From an uncultured bacterium (lineage in GTDB: Bacteria; Acidobacteriota; Thermoanaerobaculia; Multivoradales; JAHZIX01): a DNA stretch of 64,000 nt. Position 1 is the first letter of the stretch. Every line of letters starts with the position of its first letter. Made by a program: the position numbers and the translations under genes. The stretch spans positions 1-64,000 of the forward strand of contig CBDUPA010000008.1 in assembly GCA_965368975.1 (NCBI GenBank), in the 5' to 3' direction. This document shows, in pieces, positions 1 through 8,991 of this stretch. The notes under the pieces were generated by a model, which worked only from the letters and a program-made list of their open reading frames with translations, was not told the DNA's origin and did not search any database.

Positions 1-2283
1 CTTCGCAGCCTCGGTGTCACCGACTTCGCGATGGAGTTTGACGAGACTCGCCAGCACTTCGCGGACCTGCCTGAGGTTCGAAGTCCGCCGAAGCCGGTAA
101 ATTCGCAGAGCCTCTTGCTGGTGGACGATGGCGTCCGTGGGACCACGGAGGATCAGGGCAGCGCGCGCGAGATTCGAGTATTCCGACGCCAAGGACGGAT
201 GATCCGGTCCCAGTGAGGAGCGCCGGATCGTTACGGCTCTGTGGAAGTGGGTCTCTGCCTCGGCGACGTAGCCCATCTCAGCCAAGAAGACACCGAGGCT
301 GGTGTGCGAGCCGGCGAGGTCGGGATGGTCTTCGGGCAGCAGTGCTTGCTCGATCTCCAGGCTGTGTCTGGCGAGTCGCACTGCCTCTTCTGGTTCGCCT
401 AGCGCGAAACGGGCTTCGGCTAGCATCTCCATGGGCAGTGCCAGGCTCAAGTGAGTCTGGCCCAGGGTCCCGATCATCCCCTGGAGCCCTTGGTGCAAAA
501 GCTGGGCGCCCTCTCTTATCTGACCGAGTCGAACGAGTGCAGTACCCAGGCCAGTCTGGGCCTTGGCTCGCAGTACCGCACTGTTCCCCGAGGAGGTTTC
601 GGGAATGAGCTCAAGGAGTTCCTCGTAGCCTGCCGCGGCTTCTTCGAGTCTGTGGACAAGCAGGAAGAACTCCGCCAGCTCAAAGAGACTCTCGGAGACG
701 CGGGGGTGGTCCGCTGGCAGGTGCTTGCGGTAGAGTCCTACAGCCTGCTGCAGGGATGTCTCGGCGTCTTCGAGGCGCCGTTCTGCGCTCTGTGCCTTGC
801 CGAGCCACAGTAGACTGTTGGCATGATCGATAGCGGCTTCCGGGCCGAGGTCCCGGTGCAGTCCCTCGGCCTCGAGCAGTAGATCCAGAGCTAGATCATA
901 GGAGCCCAGCGCGACATGAACCCGGCCCATGGTTGCCAGCAGGCGTGCTCGCAGCTCCGGCTCCTCCGTGAAGCTCCCCTCGAGACGCTCTGTGCCACGA
1001 TCGAGCACCTGACGTAAGGTCACTTCCTCCTCCGCTGACCCGGCTGGCTTGGCGTCGGCGAACAGGCCCAACAAGAAGTCGGTCACGGCCTGGGCTTCCA
1101 GCTGTGCTCGACGTGCCTTGCGGGCTTCGTGATCGCGCGCGATCAAGCCTCCTACCAAGATCAGCAGAAGCAACGCGGCCACTGTGGCGGTGGTTCGATG
1201 CCGGCGCACGAACTTGCGCACTCGATAGAGCCTACCGGCGGCAGCCGCCTGGATCGGCTCGAAAGCCAGGTGGCGACGGATATCGTCGTCCAAGGCTGCC
1301 GCCGAGCTGTAGCGCTCATCTCGCTGGCGCGCCAGGGCTGTGGCCAGGATACTGTCGAGATCGCCCCGCAGCCGGTCTCGCAGGTGAGCGGGGGAGGTGG
1401 ACCGTAGCTGTGCCACTTCAAGGCGTTGTGGCTCGGGTAGCTGCCGGAACCGATGGCTCGCTGGTTCAGCATCCTGCTGCGCAACGCGGTCGACGTACTG
1501 CAACAGACCGACCTCGCTGTCTCCGTGTGGCAGCTCACCGACCAGAAGTAGATGCAGCAGCACGCCCAACGCATACACGTCGGATCGGATATCGATGCTG
1601 TCGTCGTCGCTGTTGGGTGTGCGCGCGGCAGCCTCGGGGCTGACGAAGGCGGGGGTGCCGAGCACCTTACCGACGGTGAGCTGCTCGGTGGCGGGTGCGT
1701 CGAGCGCCTTGGCGATGCCAAAGTCGAGAATCTTGACGACGGGACCATCATCCTGTTCCTCGACCAGCAAGTTTGCCGGCTTGATGTCGCGATGGACGAC
1801 ACCTCCCTGATGCGCGTGGTGGATCCCCGCGCAGACCTGGAGAAAGAGAGCCAGCCGGTCATCGAGGTCGAGCTGGAGCTGATCGCAGTATTGATCGAGC
1901 GGCACCCCTTGGACGTACTCCATGACCAGGTATGGGCTTCCGTCGTCCAGATCGCCGGCCTCGTAGATGCGCGCGATGTTGGGATGCGCCATGCGTGCCA
2001 AGATGCGTCGCTCCAACTCGAAGCGCATGTGTACTTGCTGCGACTGTTGATGCCGTCGCGTGACCTTGATCGCAACCTGGCGCTGGATCGGCTCGGTCTG
2101 CTCGGCCAGGTAAACGATACCCATGCCACCTTCACCCAGGGTGTCGAGCAGGCGGTAGGGGCCGATACTCTCGGGCATCTGCGGGCTGCGAGCCGAAGGA
2201 GAGCAGGTGTTCTCCACGACGTGAGGCTGAGAGATGGCCACATGCAGCATCGGCGGCTGCTCTGGCTCTTGGTACTCAGTCAT
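1..2283 (-). CDS. Ser/Thr protein kinase with TM helix and C-terminal TPR repeats (C-terminus runs off the window edge)
   Basis: My own translation of the minus frame (absent from the ORF track because there is no stop in the window): GEGGMGIVY, VAIK, HRDIKPAN, DFGIAK, GTPAFVSPE, DVYALG, a TM segment, then TPR-like repeats (LPADHP, LGPDHP). Confidence 0.92.
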   Translation of the reverse strand, partial: MTEYQEPEQPPMLHVAISQPHVVENTCSPSARSPQMPESIGPYRLLDTLGEGGMGIVYLAEQTEPIQRQVAIKVTRRHQQSQQVHMRFELERRILARMAHPNIARIYEAGDLDDGSPYLVMEYVQGVPLDQYCDQLQLDLDDRLALFLQVCAGIHHAHQGGVVHRDIKPANLLVEEQDDGPVVKILDFGIAKALDAPATEQLTVGKVLGTPAFVSPEAAARTPNSDDDSIDIRSDVYALGVLLHLLLVGELPHGDSEVGLLQYVDRVAQQDAEPASHRFRQLPEPQRLEVAQLRSTSPAHLRDRLRGDLDSILATALARQRDERYSSAAALDDDIRRHLAFEPIQAAAAGRLYRVRKFVRRHRTTATVAALLLLILVGGLIARDHEARKARRAQLEAQAVTDFLLGLFADAKPAGSAEEEVTLRQVLDRGTERLEGSFTEEPELRARLLATMGRVHVALGSYDLALDLLLEAEGLHRDLGPEAAIDHANSLLWLGKAQSAERRLEDAETSLQQAVGLYRKHLPADHPRVSESLFELAEFFLLVHRLEEAAAGYEELLELIPETSSGNSAVLRAKAQTGLGTALVRLGQIREGAQLLHQGLQGMIGTLGQTHLSLALPMEMLAEARFALGEPEEAVRLARHSLEIEQALLPEDHPDLAGSHTSLGVFLAEMGYVAEAETHFHRAVTIRRSSLGPDHPSLASEYSNLARAALILRGPTDAIVHQQEALRIYRLRRTSNLRQVREVLASLVKLHREVGDTEAAK

Positions 2284-2376
2284 CCCGAACTCTACGATAG
2301 TCTGCTTGCGCGGCTTTGGTCGAGCGAAATCTCGCCGCGGGGGGGCTTGGGCCTGCCGCTGGAAGCCTACTTGGAG

Positions 2377-2793
2377 TCAAGAGGTCGGGTGATTTTCTTC
2401 GAGGACTCCCAGATCGCTGCTATCGCCAAAGCGAGCGGATTCCCGCCCAAACATGATCCGATGCCCATCCCCCGTTCGGATCGCGAACTCCCGCATGCCC
2501 CAAGGTTCGTTCCGCAGTTCCTTCAGAATCTTCGCTCCCTTCCCCTTCACCTCTTCGAAGTACGCGTTGATCTCCTCGACCTCGATGTAGGCAAAGTAGG
2601 AATGATCCCCGAGATTCTGTGGTGGCAGCGCATCCGGGCATTCTCCCGCCATGATGCAGATGCCGTCCTTGACGAAGAAGCGCCAGCCGGGATCACCGAT
2701 TTCTCGGACTTCGAAGCCGAGAACGTCGCGGTAGAAGGCTGCCGAGGCTTGTAGGTCAGGGACGGCGAGGACGTAGCGATGGTTCGTGAACAT
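2377..2793 (-). CDS. VOC/glyoxalase-bleomycin resistance family protein
   Basis: LAVPDLQASAAFYRDVLGF and EPWGMREFAIRTGDGHRIMFG motifs; start overlaps the upstream stop (TGATG). Confidence 0.88.
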   Translation of the reverse strand: MFTNHRYVLAVPDLQASAAFYRDVLGFEVREIGDPGWRFFVKDGICIMAGECPDALPPQNLGDHSYFAYIEVEEINAYFEEVKGKGAKILKELRNEPWGMREFAIRTGDGHRIMFGRESARFGDSSDLGVLEENHPTS

Positions 2794-4070
2794 CAGGCCG
2801 CTCGCTGATCAGTCTCCCCGGCTGCCGCCTCTGCTCCTGGTGTCTCGGCTTCCTCCAGATTTCCCAGATATTGCTCTGCATCGAGCGCCGCCGCAGCTCC
2901 ACTCCCGGCTGCGGTCACAGCTTGACGGTACACGGGATCCTGGACGTCGCCGCAGGCAAAGACGCCCGGCAACGACGTGCGCGTCGACTTGCCCTCGGTG
3001 AGCACATAGCCGGCGGAGTCCGTCTCCAGGGCATCTCGCACCAGGTCGGTATTCGGCGTGTGGCCGATGGCGACGAACAGGCCACCGACTTCGAAGCTCG
3101 ACGTCTCGCCGCTGCGCGTGTCTTCGAGCTGCAGGCTGCTGATCCGCTCGTCGCCGAGCACGTCACGCACCTCATGGTGCCACAGGAATTCGATCTTCGG
3201 GTTGGCGAAGGCGCGACGCTGGAGCACTTTCGACGCTCGCAGCTCGCCACGGCGGTGGATGACGGTGACCTTGGTGGCGAAGCGAGTCAGGAACAGCGCT
3301 TCTTCGACCGCCGTGTCGCCGCCACCGACGACCGCGACTTCCTGGTCGCGGAAGAAGGCGCCGTCGCAGGTGGCGCAGTAGGAGACGCCGTAGCCGCGCA
3401 GGCGGTGCTCGTTGGTGAGGCCCAGCGTCTTGGCTGAGGCGCCGGTCGAGAGAATGACGACATCGGCGGTGATCTGCTGCTTGTCGTCGACGGTGAGGCG
3501 GTACGGGCGTTCGCTGAGGTCCAGCCCGGTGACGTGACCGTAGCGCAGTTCGGCACCGAAGCGGCTGGCCTGAGCTTCGAAGAGGGCCATGAGGTCGGTG
3601 CCGCTGAGGGCTTCGGGGAAGCCGGGGTAGTTCTCGATCTCGGGTGTGCCGCTGAGCTGCCCGCCCGGCTCTGCACCGCGCAGCACCAGAACGTCGAGGT
3701 CGGCGCGGGCGGCGTAGAGGGCGGCGGTGAAGCCGGCGGGGCCGCTGCCGAGGATCACGACTTGACGCTGCTCGGTCTCCTTGCGTGCGGTGCCGAGGAG
3801 TTCTTCGAGTTCGGACAGCGGCGGGTTGCCGTAGAACTGGCCGTCAATGTCGAAGGTCGGCACCCGGTGCTTGCCGTCGTTGTGAGCGGCGACGATGTCC
3901 TTGGCACCGGGAGTCTCGTCGATGTCGATCTCCTGGTAGGCGATGCCGCGCGCGTCGAGGAAGGCCTTGGCGCGGTGACAATCGGGGCACCAGCTGGTGG
4001 AGTAGACGGTCACCGTGGGCTGGGTCGGAGCGGTATTCGGGTTCGCGGTATCTTGGTTTTCTTGGTTCAT
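2793..4070 (-). CDS. trxB: Thioredoxin-disulfide reductase with fused N-terminal glutaredoxin/NrdH-like domain
   Basis: N-terminal VYSTSWCPDC...VPT domain, then GSGPAG, CATCDG, GGGDTAVEEA, HRR, GDV and QAVTAAGSG motifs. Confidence 0.9.
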   Translation of the reverse strand: MNQENQDTANPNTAPTQPTVTVYSTSWCPDCHRAKAFLDARGIAYQEIDIDETPGAKDIVAAHNDGKHRVPTFDIDGQFYGNPPLSELEELLGTARKETEQRQVVILGSGPAGFTAALYAARADLDVLVLRGAEPGGQLSGTPEIENYPGFPEALSGTDLMALFEAQASRFGAELRYGHVTGLDLSERPYRLTVDDKQQITADVVILSTGASAKTLGLTNEHRLRGYGVSYCATCDGAFFRDQEVAVVGGGDTAVEEALFLTRFATKVTVIHRRGELRASKVLQRRAFANPKIEFLWHHEVRDVLGDERISSLQLEDTRSGETSSFEVGGLFVAIGHTPNTDLVRDALETDSAGYVLTEGKSTRTSLPGVFACGDVQDPVYRQAVTAAGSGAAAALDAEQYLGNLEEAETPGAEAAAGETDQRAA

Positions 4071-4258
4071 TGTGGATTTCCTCGTCGGAACCGGGTTCGA
4101 GTTGGAGAGAGGTGGTTGGTTCCGGTGTCGCCTTGGCTCAGACATGTCCGGCTTGTGGCCTGGAGCATCGGCCTAGGCTCCGATCCAAGTATACGAGTTG
4201 ACGAGGTGCAGAGGATTGCCGCGGTGGTTTCGAGCTGCGATGGATCGCCGAGCCGCGT

Positions 4259-4753
4259 TCAGTCGAGCCGTTCTGCCCAGGTCTCGTCCGGCGCCGCGGG
4301 ATCGGCCTGATCCGGTCCCAGGTTGGCGGGGTCGACCTGGGCAAAGATGAAGTTCTCCGGTGGCACCGGTGAGCCGAAGAGGCGCCGCAGCATGGCCAGT
4401 TGGCCGGCGTGCGTCATGACATCGGAGAAGGGGCCTTGCAGAACCTGTTCTTCGGTGATGTCGTGCAGTGGTGTACCTGCTTCCAGCTCTCTGGCCAGGG
4501 CTTCGAGTTTCTGGTGGAACTGGCGCACCTGCTCGTCGTAGGGCAGGCGGGGCGGACGGTAGCTGCCGCCATGGAAGAAGGTCAGCAGGTAGCCGAGGAC
4601 GCTGTCCATGTGCTCGACGAGTTCGTGCGGCGTGCGTGTCTGGTTGCCGGCAGCAAAGTCGGCGAACTCGGGCGGAGCGCCGCGCAGCGCTTTCTGCGTG
4701 CGGTAGGCGATGGCGGCGAGGAAGTGGCGGAGCATGTAACGCTTGGTGTCCAT
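4259..4753 (-). CDS. DinB/YfiT-like four-helix bundle protein
   Basis: RTPHELVEHM and THAGQLAMLRR motifs. Confidence 0.7.
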   Translation of the reverse strand: MDTKRYMLRHFLAAIAYRTQKALRGAPPEFADFAAGNQTRTPHELVEHMDSVLGYLLTFFHGGSYRPPRLPYDEQVRQFHQKLEALARELEAGTPLHDITEEQVLQGPFSDVMTHAGQLAMLRRLFGSPVPPENFIFAQVDPANLGPDQADPAAPDETWAERLD

Positions 4754-4960
4754 GGTGTCGATTCTAGCCGCTGCGTGGCTGTCTGCGTTGCCCCCTTTGT
4801 TGGGGGCCAGACCTGGACGCGGACATGTAGGCTGCCAATCCGTTCCCTCCGAACCTCGTCGAGACTGCCGTCTACGCGTTGCCTCTGCGTCGAGGGTGCC
4901 GATCCTCTGCGCGGCTCTGTCGCGACTGACGAGACTGCCAACGTCTTGTACACTTCGGTC

Positions 4961-6049
4961 ATGAAGTCAACCAAGATGCTGTTGCTCGGTTTCTTGACCC
5001 TGGTCGCCCAGGTGGCCAGCGTCGGCGAGGTTTCCGCTCAGGCTTCCACGGACGGCACCCTGTACATCGACCTCTACGGCAGTGACCAGATCACGCTGGA
5101 GCAGGTCGAGGCCAACGTCGGTTCACGCTTGCAGGCCTACCTGGATGCGATCGCGACGGGCGACCGGGAGACGGCGCGGCGCTTGCAGACCGAGATCCTC
5201 GAGTCGATCCAGGCCATGGGCGACTTCGCGCTGGTCGAACTGTCGCGCATCCAGTACTTCACCGAAGGCAACCCGACCTACCTGACGATTGACCTGGTGG
5301 ATGCCGACGACCGCGACGCGCGCATGGGCTTCGCATCGGCACCGACGGGACAGGTGGCAGGCGTCGAGGATCTGTTGGCGGCCTGGGGAGAGTACCAGGA
5401 AGCTGGCTTCGCGCTGCTGCGTGCCGGCACCATGCCGCAGGGCAAGCCCGAGTGTTCGGCCTACCACTGCGTTTTCGGCTTTCCTGGGGATCTGGCCCCG
5501 TTCGGTCGGCGCTTCGAGGTGGAAGTGCCGCGGCATCGGGCGGTGCTCGAGCGGGTGCTGCGGGAAGATGCCGATTTTGAGGACCGGGCCCACGCAGCTT
5601 TCTTGTTGGCTCACATCGACGATGGTGCCGCGTTGGTCCAGCTGATGCTCGAAGCGATCGACGACCCCTCCTCGACCGTGCGTAACAATGCGCTGCGTGT
5701 GCTCGGAGCCGTTGCCACGGATCACCCGGAGGTCGACATCCCGCTCGATCCGATTCTGCGCGCGCTCGACTACCCGCTGACCACGGACCGCAACAAGGTG
5801 TTGTACGTGCTCTCCGGTCTCGCCCAGCGTCCCGGTCTGCAAGCGGAGATTGCCGAGCGAGCCGGTGACATCCTGCTCGATATTCTGCGTCTGCGCCAGC
5901 CCAACAATCACGACTTCGCCTACCAGATCTTGCAGTCGATCAGTGGCGAGGACTTCGGGGCTCGGAATTACGCTGCCTGGCGGAACTGGCTCGACCAGAA
6001 GAGCTGGATCGACGAAGCTGGCCCGGAACTTCCAGACGGAGGCACCTGA
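4961..6049 (+). CDS. Secreted HEAT-repeat-containing protein
   Basis: Signal-peptide-like N-terminus; DPSSTVRNNALRVLG-type HEAT repeats. Confidence 0.7.
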   Translation: MKSTKMLLLGFLTLVAQVASVGEVSAQASTDGTLYIDLYGSDQITLEQVEANVGSRLQAYLDAIATGDRETARRLQTEILESIQAMGDFALVELSRIQYFTEGNPTYLTIDLVDADDRDARMGFASAPTGQVAGVEDLLAAWGEYQEAGFALLRAGTMPQGKPECSAYHCVFGFPGDLAPFGRRFEVEVPRHRAVLERVLREDADFEDRAHAAFLLAHIDDGAALVQLMLEAIDDPSSTVRNNALRVLGAVATDHPEVDIPLDPILRALDYPLTTDRNKVLYVLSGLAQRPGLQAEIAERAGDILLDILRLRQPNNHDFAYQILQSISGEDFGARNYAAWRNWLDQKSWIDEAGPELPDGGT

Positions 6050-6807
6050 TGCAGGTCGTTTCCAAGCCGGCCGCTCGTACTCTGGATCTGGTGTGCGACG
6101 GTCTCGCGGAGGTTGAAGTGTTTCTGCGCGATGCTCGCGAGCAAGGCGTCTTCATGGTCGACGTCATCACGCCGCCCAAGCCGCTGGATGCCTACGCGGC
6201 GATGGTCAAGGCCGAGCCCGGCTTCGACTTCCAGTTCGACGTTACTGCGGTGCAGGTGTTTCCCAAGGGCAGCGGTGCTGGCGTGGTGTTTCAACTCGCC
6301 GAGTGGCCGAAGTCGAAGGAGCTGGAACTGGAGCGCAAGCTGCGACCGGACCCACAGGCGCCAGCCGGCGACGAGAGCGAAACGATGGGCGCGTCACCGG
6401 CCTTTCGTTTGCAGCAGCTGGACGTGACGCAGCGAGCCCTGCTGGCCATGCGCGCCGACCGTAACGAGCGCCGGTTGCTGGTGCGCGACAACTCGGCACA
6501 GGTGCTGCTCAGCCTGCTGAGCAACCCCCGTATCGAGGCCGACGATGTCATCCAGGTGGTCAAGTCGACGCACGCGACCTCCGGAATCCTCAAGCGCGTA
6601 GCGGAGGATCGGCGCTGGGGCAGCAACCTCGAGGTCAAGACGGCCATCGTGCGCAATCCCAAGACCCCGACGCCGATCTCTGCCCGCTTGATGGATACCT
6701 TGCGCACCGAGGATCTGCGCCAGCTGTCGAAGATGGGGGCCGTGCGCGAAGACGTTCGACGCGCGGCACTGGCCGCCTATCTGAAGCGGACCGGGCAGCG
6801 CCGGTAG
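6049..6807 (+). CDS. Hypothetical protein: degenerate PilZ-like N-terminus plus LRV-like helical repeat C-terminus
   Basis: Coupled start (TGATG); C-terminal W..N..VK.AIVRNPKTP motif shared with 19120-20697. Confidence 0.6.
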   Translation: MQVVSKPAARTLDLVCDGLAEVEVFLRDAREQGVFMVDVITPPKPLDAYAAMVKAEPGFDFQFDVTAVQVFPKGSGAGVVFQLAEWPKSKELELERKLRPDPQAPAGDESETMGASPAFRLQQLDVTQRALLAMRADRNERRLLVRDNSAQVLLSLLSNPRIEADDVIQVVKSTHATSGILKRVAEDRRWGSNLEVKTAIVRNPKTPTPISARLMDTLRTEDLRQLSKMGAVREDVRRAALAAYLKRTGQRR

Positions 6808-6838
6808 TCGGAGTGAGGTCTCGGGGCAGCTGCTGTAG

Positions 6839-7288
6839 CTAACTCTCGAGGGCGTGGCCGATCTCGGCGTCTTCTCGATCCTCGGAGAGTTCGGTGAACA
6901 GATCCAGGATGGTATCCGGGATCGTTCGGGGCCGGCCGGAGGCGACATCGACCAGGATCCACTCGGTCTGCCCCTGGACCAGCGTCGCGCCGTCCGCCGC
7001 GCGCACGAAGCGGTACTTGCGCAGCGAGCGCACCTTGCGCCGCGCCGAGACCCAGGTCAACACCTCGACGTCCTCGCCGGCGAAGGCCGGCCGCAAGTAC
7101 TCGACGTGGTGATGGCGCACCACCCAGGTGGCGCCGAGGGTCTGCGATGCGGCGGTACAGCCGGCATCGGCCGAATGACGGGCGGCAGCGTCCTGCATCC
7201 ACTGGACGTATTGCACGTTGTTGACGTGCTGGTTCTCGTCGATGGCACTGGCCGGGACGGTGAGGCGGTAGCGGTGGATGGCGCTCAT
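6839..7288 (-). CDS. Acyl-CoA thioesterase (4HBT/YbgC hot-dog fold)
   Basis: IDENQHVNNVQYVQWMQDA and YLRPAFAGE motifs. Confidence 0.88.
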   Translation of the reverse strand: MSAIHRYRLTVPASAIDENQHVNNVQYVQWMQDAAARHSADAGCTAASQTLGATWVVRHHHVEYLRPAFAGEDVEVLTWVSARRKVRSLRKYRFVRAADGATLVQGQTEWILVDVASGRPRTIPDTILDLFTELSEDREDAEIGHALES

Positions 7289-7353
7289 GGTGAGCGCGAG
7301 TTTGGCGCGAAAGAAGCGCGGGTGCAAGGCATGCCGATGGTCTGGGTTGGAGG

Positions 7354-8814
7354 TCAGAGCCGCCGCAGCAAGTGCAGGTAGAAGCGCACCATGTTGCTGT
7401 AGTCCTCGACGCTGATGCGCTCGTCGTGTCCGTGCACGCGCGCCAGGTCGCCGTCGCCCAGGCGCATGGGGGAGAAGCGGTAGACGTCTTCAGAGACTCC
7501 GATCAGGTGCCGGCTGTCGGTAGCCGCCAGGACCAGCCCGGGTGCGAAGGCGGCGCTGGGGAAGACGTCGGCGACGCTGGCGCGCAGGAGGCGAAACCCT
7601 TCCGAGTCCGTGCTCGACACCGGCGACGGCGCAGAGCCGTAGTCGACACGGCGCACCTCGACGTCTGGGTCGTCGACCACTTCACGCACGAAGGTCTCGA
7701 TGCCGTCGAGGGTGTCGCGTGGGTGGACGCGGAAATTGACCTGCGCTGTCGCGACGCTGGGCAGCAAGTTGGCGCGATCGCCGGCACGCAGGACGGTTAG
7801 TGCGGTGGTGGTGCGCAGGAGTGCATTGGTCTGTGGTCTCGCCGCCAGTTGACCTTCGATCAGGTCGCTGAAGAGCCAGCGGTTGACCATCAGTGTCTTG
7901 AGGCCGAAGGACATCGACGGCGCCAGGTGGTCGAACATCGCACCGCTGGGACCGTCGAGGCCACCCGGTACCGGGCTGTCTTCTAGCCTCGTCAGGGCCC
8001 GGCTCAGCCGGCCAACCGCGGACGTACGCGGTGGCATCGACGAGTGTCCAGCCTCGGCGCTGGCGACCAGCTCCAGGGTCAAGAAGCCTTTCTCCGCGAT
8101 ACCCACCAGCGCTGCCTGGCCATCGATGCCGGGCACCAACCCCTCGACCACCGCCAGTCCTTCGTCCAGCGTCCAAGCGGGCCGCAACCCGCGTTCCTCG
8201 AGCAGCGCCGCGATCGCCTGCGCGCCGCGGCCACCGGTTTCTTCGTCGTGTCCGAAGCCGAGCAAGATCGTCCGCTGCGGCCGCACACCCGCTGCCGTCA
8301 GGACTTCGACGGCCTCCAGGATCGCGAGCATGCTGCCCTTGTCATCGAGCGTGCCTCGACCCCAGACGATGCCGTTGTCGATCACTCCCGCGAAGGGTGG
8401 CTGCGTCCAGCTTTCCGGATTGGGCGCCGGGACGACGTCTTGGTGTGCCAGGAGCAAGACAGGGGCCAGGGATGGAGCCAAGCCGCGCCACGTGAAGAGC
8501 AGGGTGGCCTCGGAGACGATTTCGCGTTCGAGCGTCGCGTGGACGCCAGGGTAACTGGCTTCGAGGAAGGCGTGAAGGGCGAGAAAGGGTTGGATGTCGA
8601 GTTGCCGCGGATCAGAGTGGCCCACGGTGACGAAGCGGACGGTCTGGGCCAGGCGCTGCGCGAGCGTGGTGGTGTCGGGAATCTCTGCGCCGGTGGGTAG
8701 TGGTGGCGCTGGAGGGGCGTCGAGACCGGGTGGGGTGGTCGTCAGGGTGCGTGTCAGGACGACGGCGGCCAGCACTACGAGAAGGCCGAGGAGGCTGAGT
8801 AAGGTTCGTTTCAT
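7354..8814 (-). CDS. M20 family peptidase (carboxypeptidase S/PM20D1-like)
   Basis: AHQDVVP, GRGTLDDKG, HDEE, GHSSMP, HGHDE; N-terminal TM anchor. Confidence 0.92.
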   Translation of the reverse strand: MKRTLLSLLGLLVVLAAVVLTRTLTTTPPGLDAPPAPPLPTGAEIPDTTTLAQRLAQTVRFVTVGHSDPRQLDIQPFLALHAFLEASYPGVHATLEREIVSEATLLFTWRGLAPSLAPVLLLAHQDVVPAPNPESWTQPPFAGVIDNGIVWGRGTLDDKGSMLAILEAVEVLTAAGVRPQRTILLGFGHDEETGGRGAQAIAALLEERGLRPAWTLDEGLAVVEGLVPGIDGQAALVGIAEKGFLTLELVASAEAGHSSMPPRTSAVGRLSRALTRLEDSPVPGGLDGPSGAMFDHLAPSMSFGLKTLMVNRWLFSDLIEGQLAARPQTNALLRTTTALTVLRAGDRANLLPSVATAQVNFRVHPRDTLDGIETFVREVVDDPDVEVRRVDYGSAPSPVSSTDSEGFRLLRASVADVFPSAAFAPGLVLAATDSRHLIGVSEDVYRFSPMRLGDGDLARVHGHDERISVEDYSNMVRFYLHLLRRL

Positions 8815-8991
8815 CAGGAGAGGGTCCGTTGGCGGTCCATCGAGAAGGGTAGGTAGGAGCGGCGGAGCATGGCCGGAGTCTACCCCGGTTCCGCTACAAT
8901 CCCGGCTCGTGGACATCCTGCAAGCGTCAAGGCCTCGGAACGCGCGGCGGTCGAGCCGTTGGGTGATCGATCATCCGAAGGACGGAGACGG

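Noticed and set aside
1552-2754. 400-aa plus-strand ORF, and many similar long ORFs (21283-22704, 45972-47945, 57351-58574, 60995-62266)
   Set aside because: Antisense or alternate-frame shadows of clearly identified genes, expected at high GC
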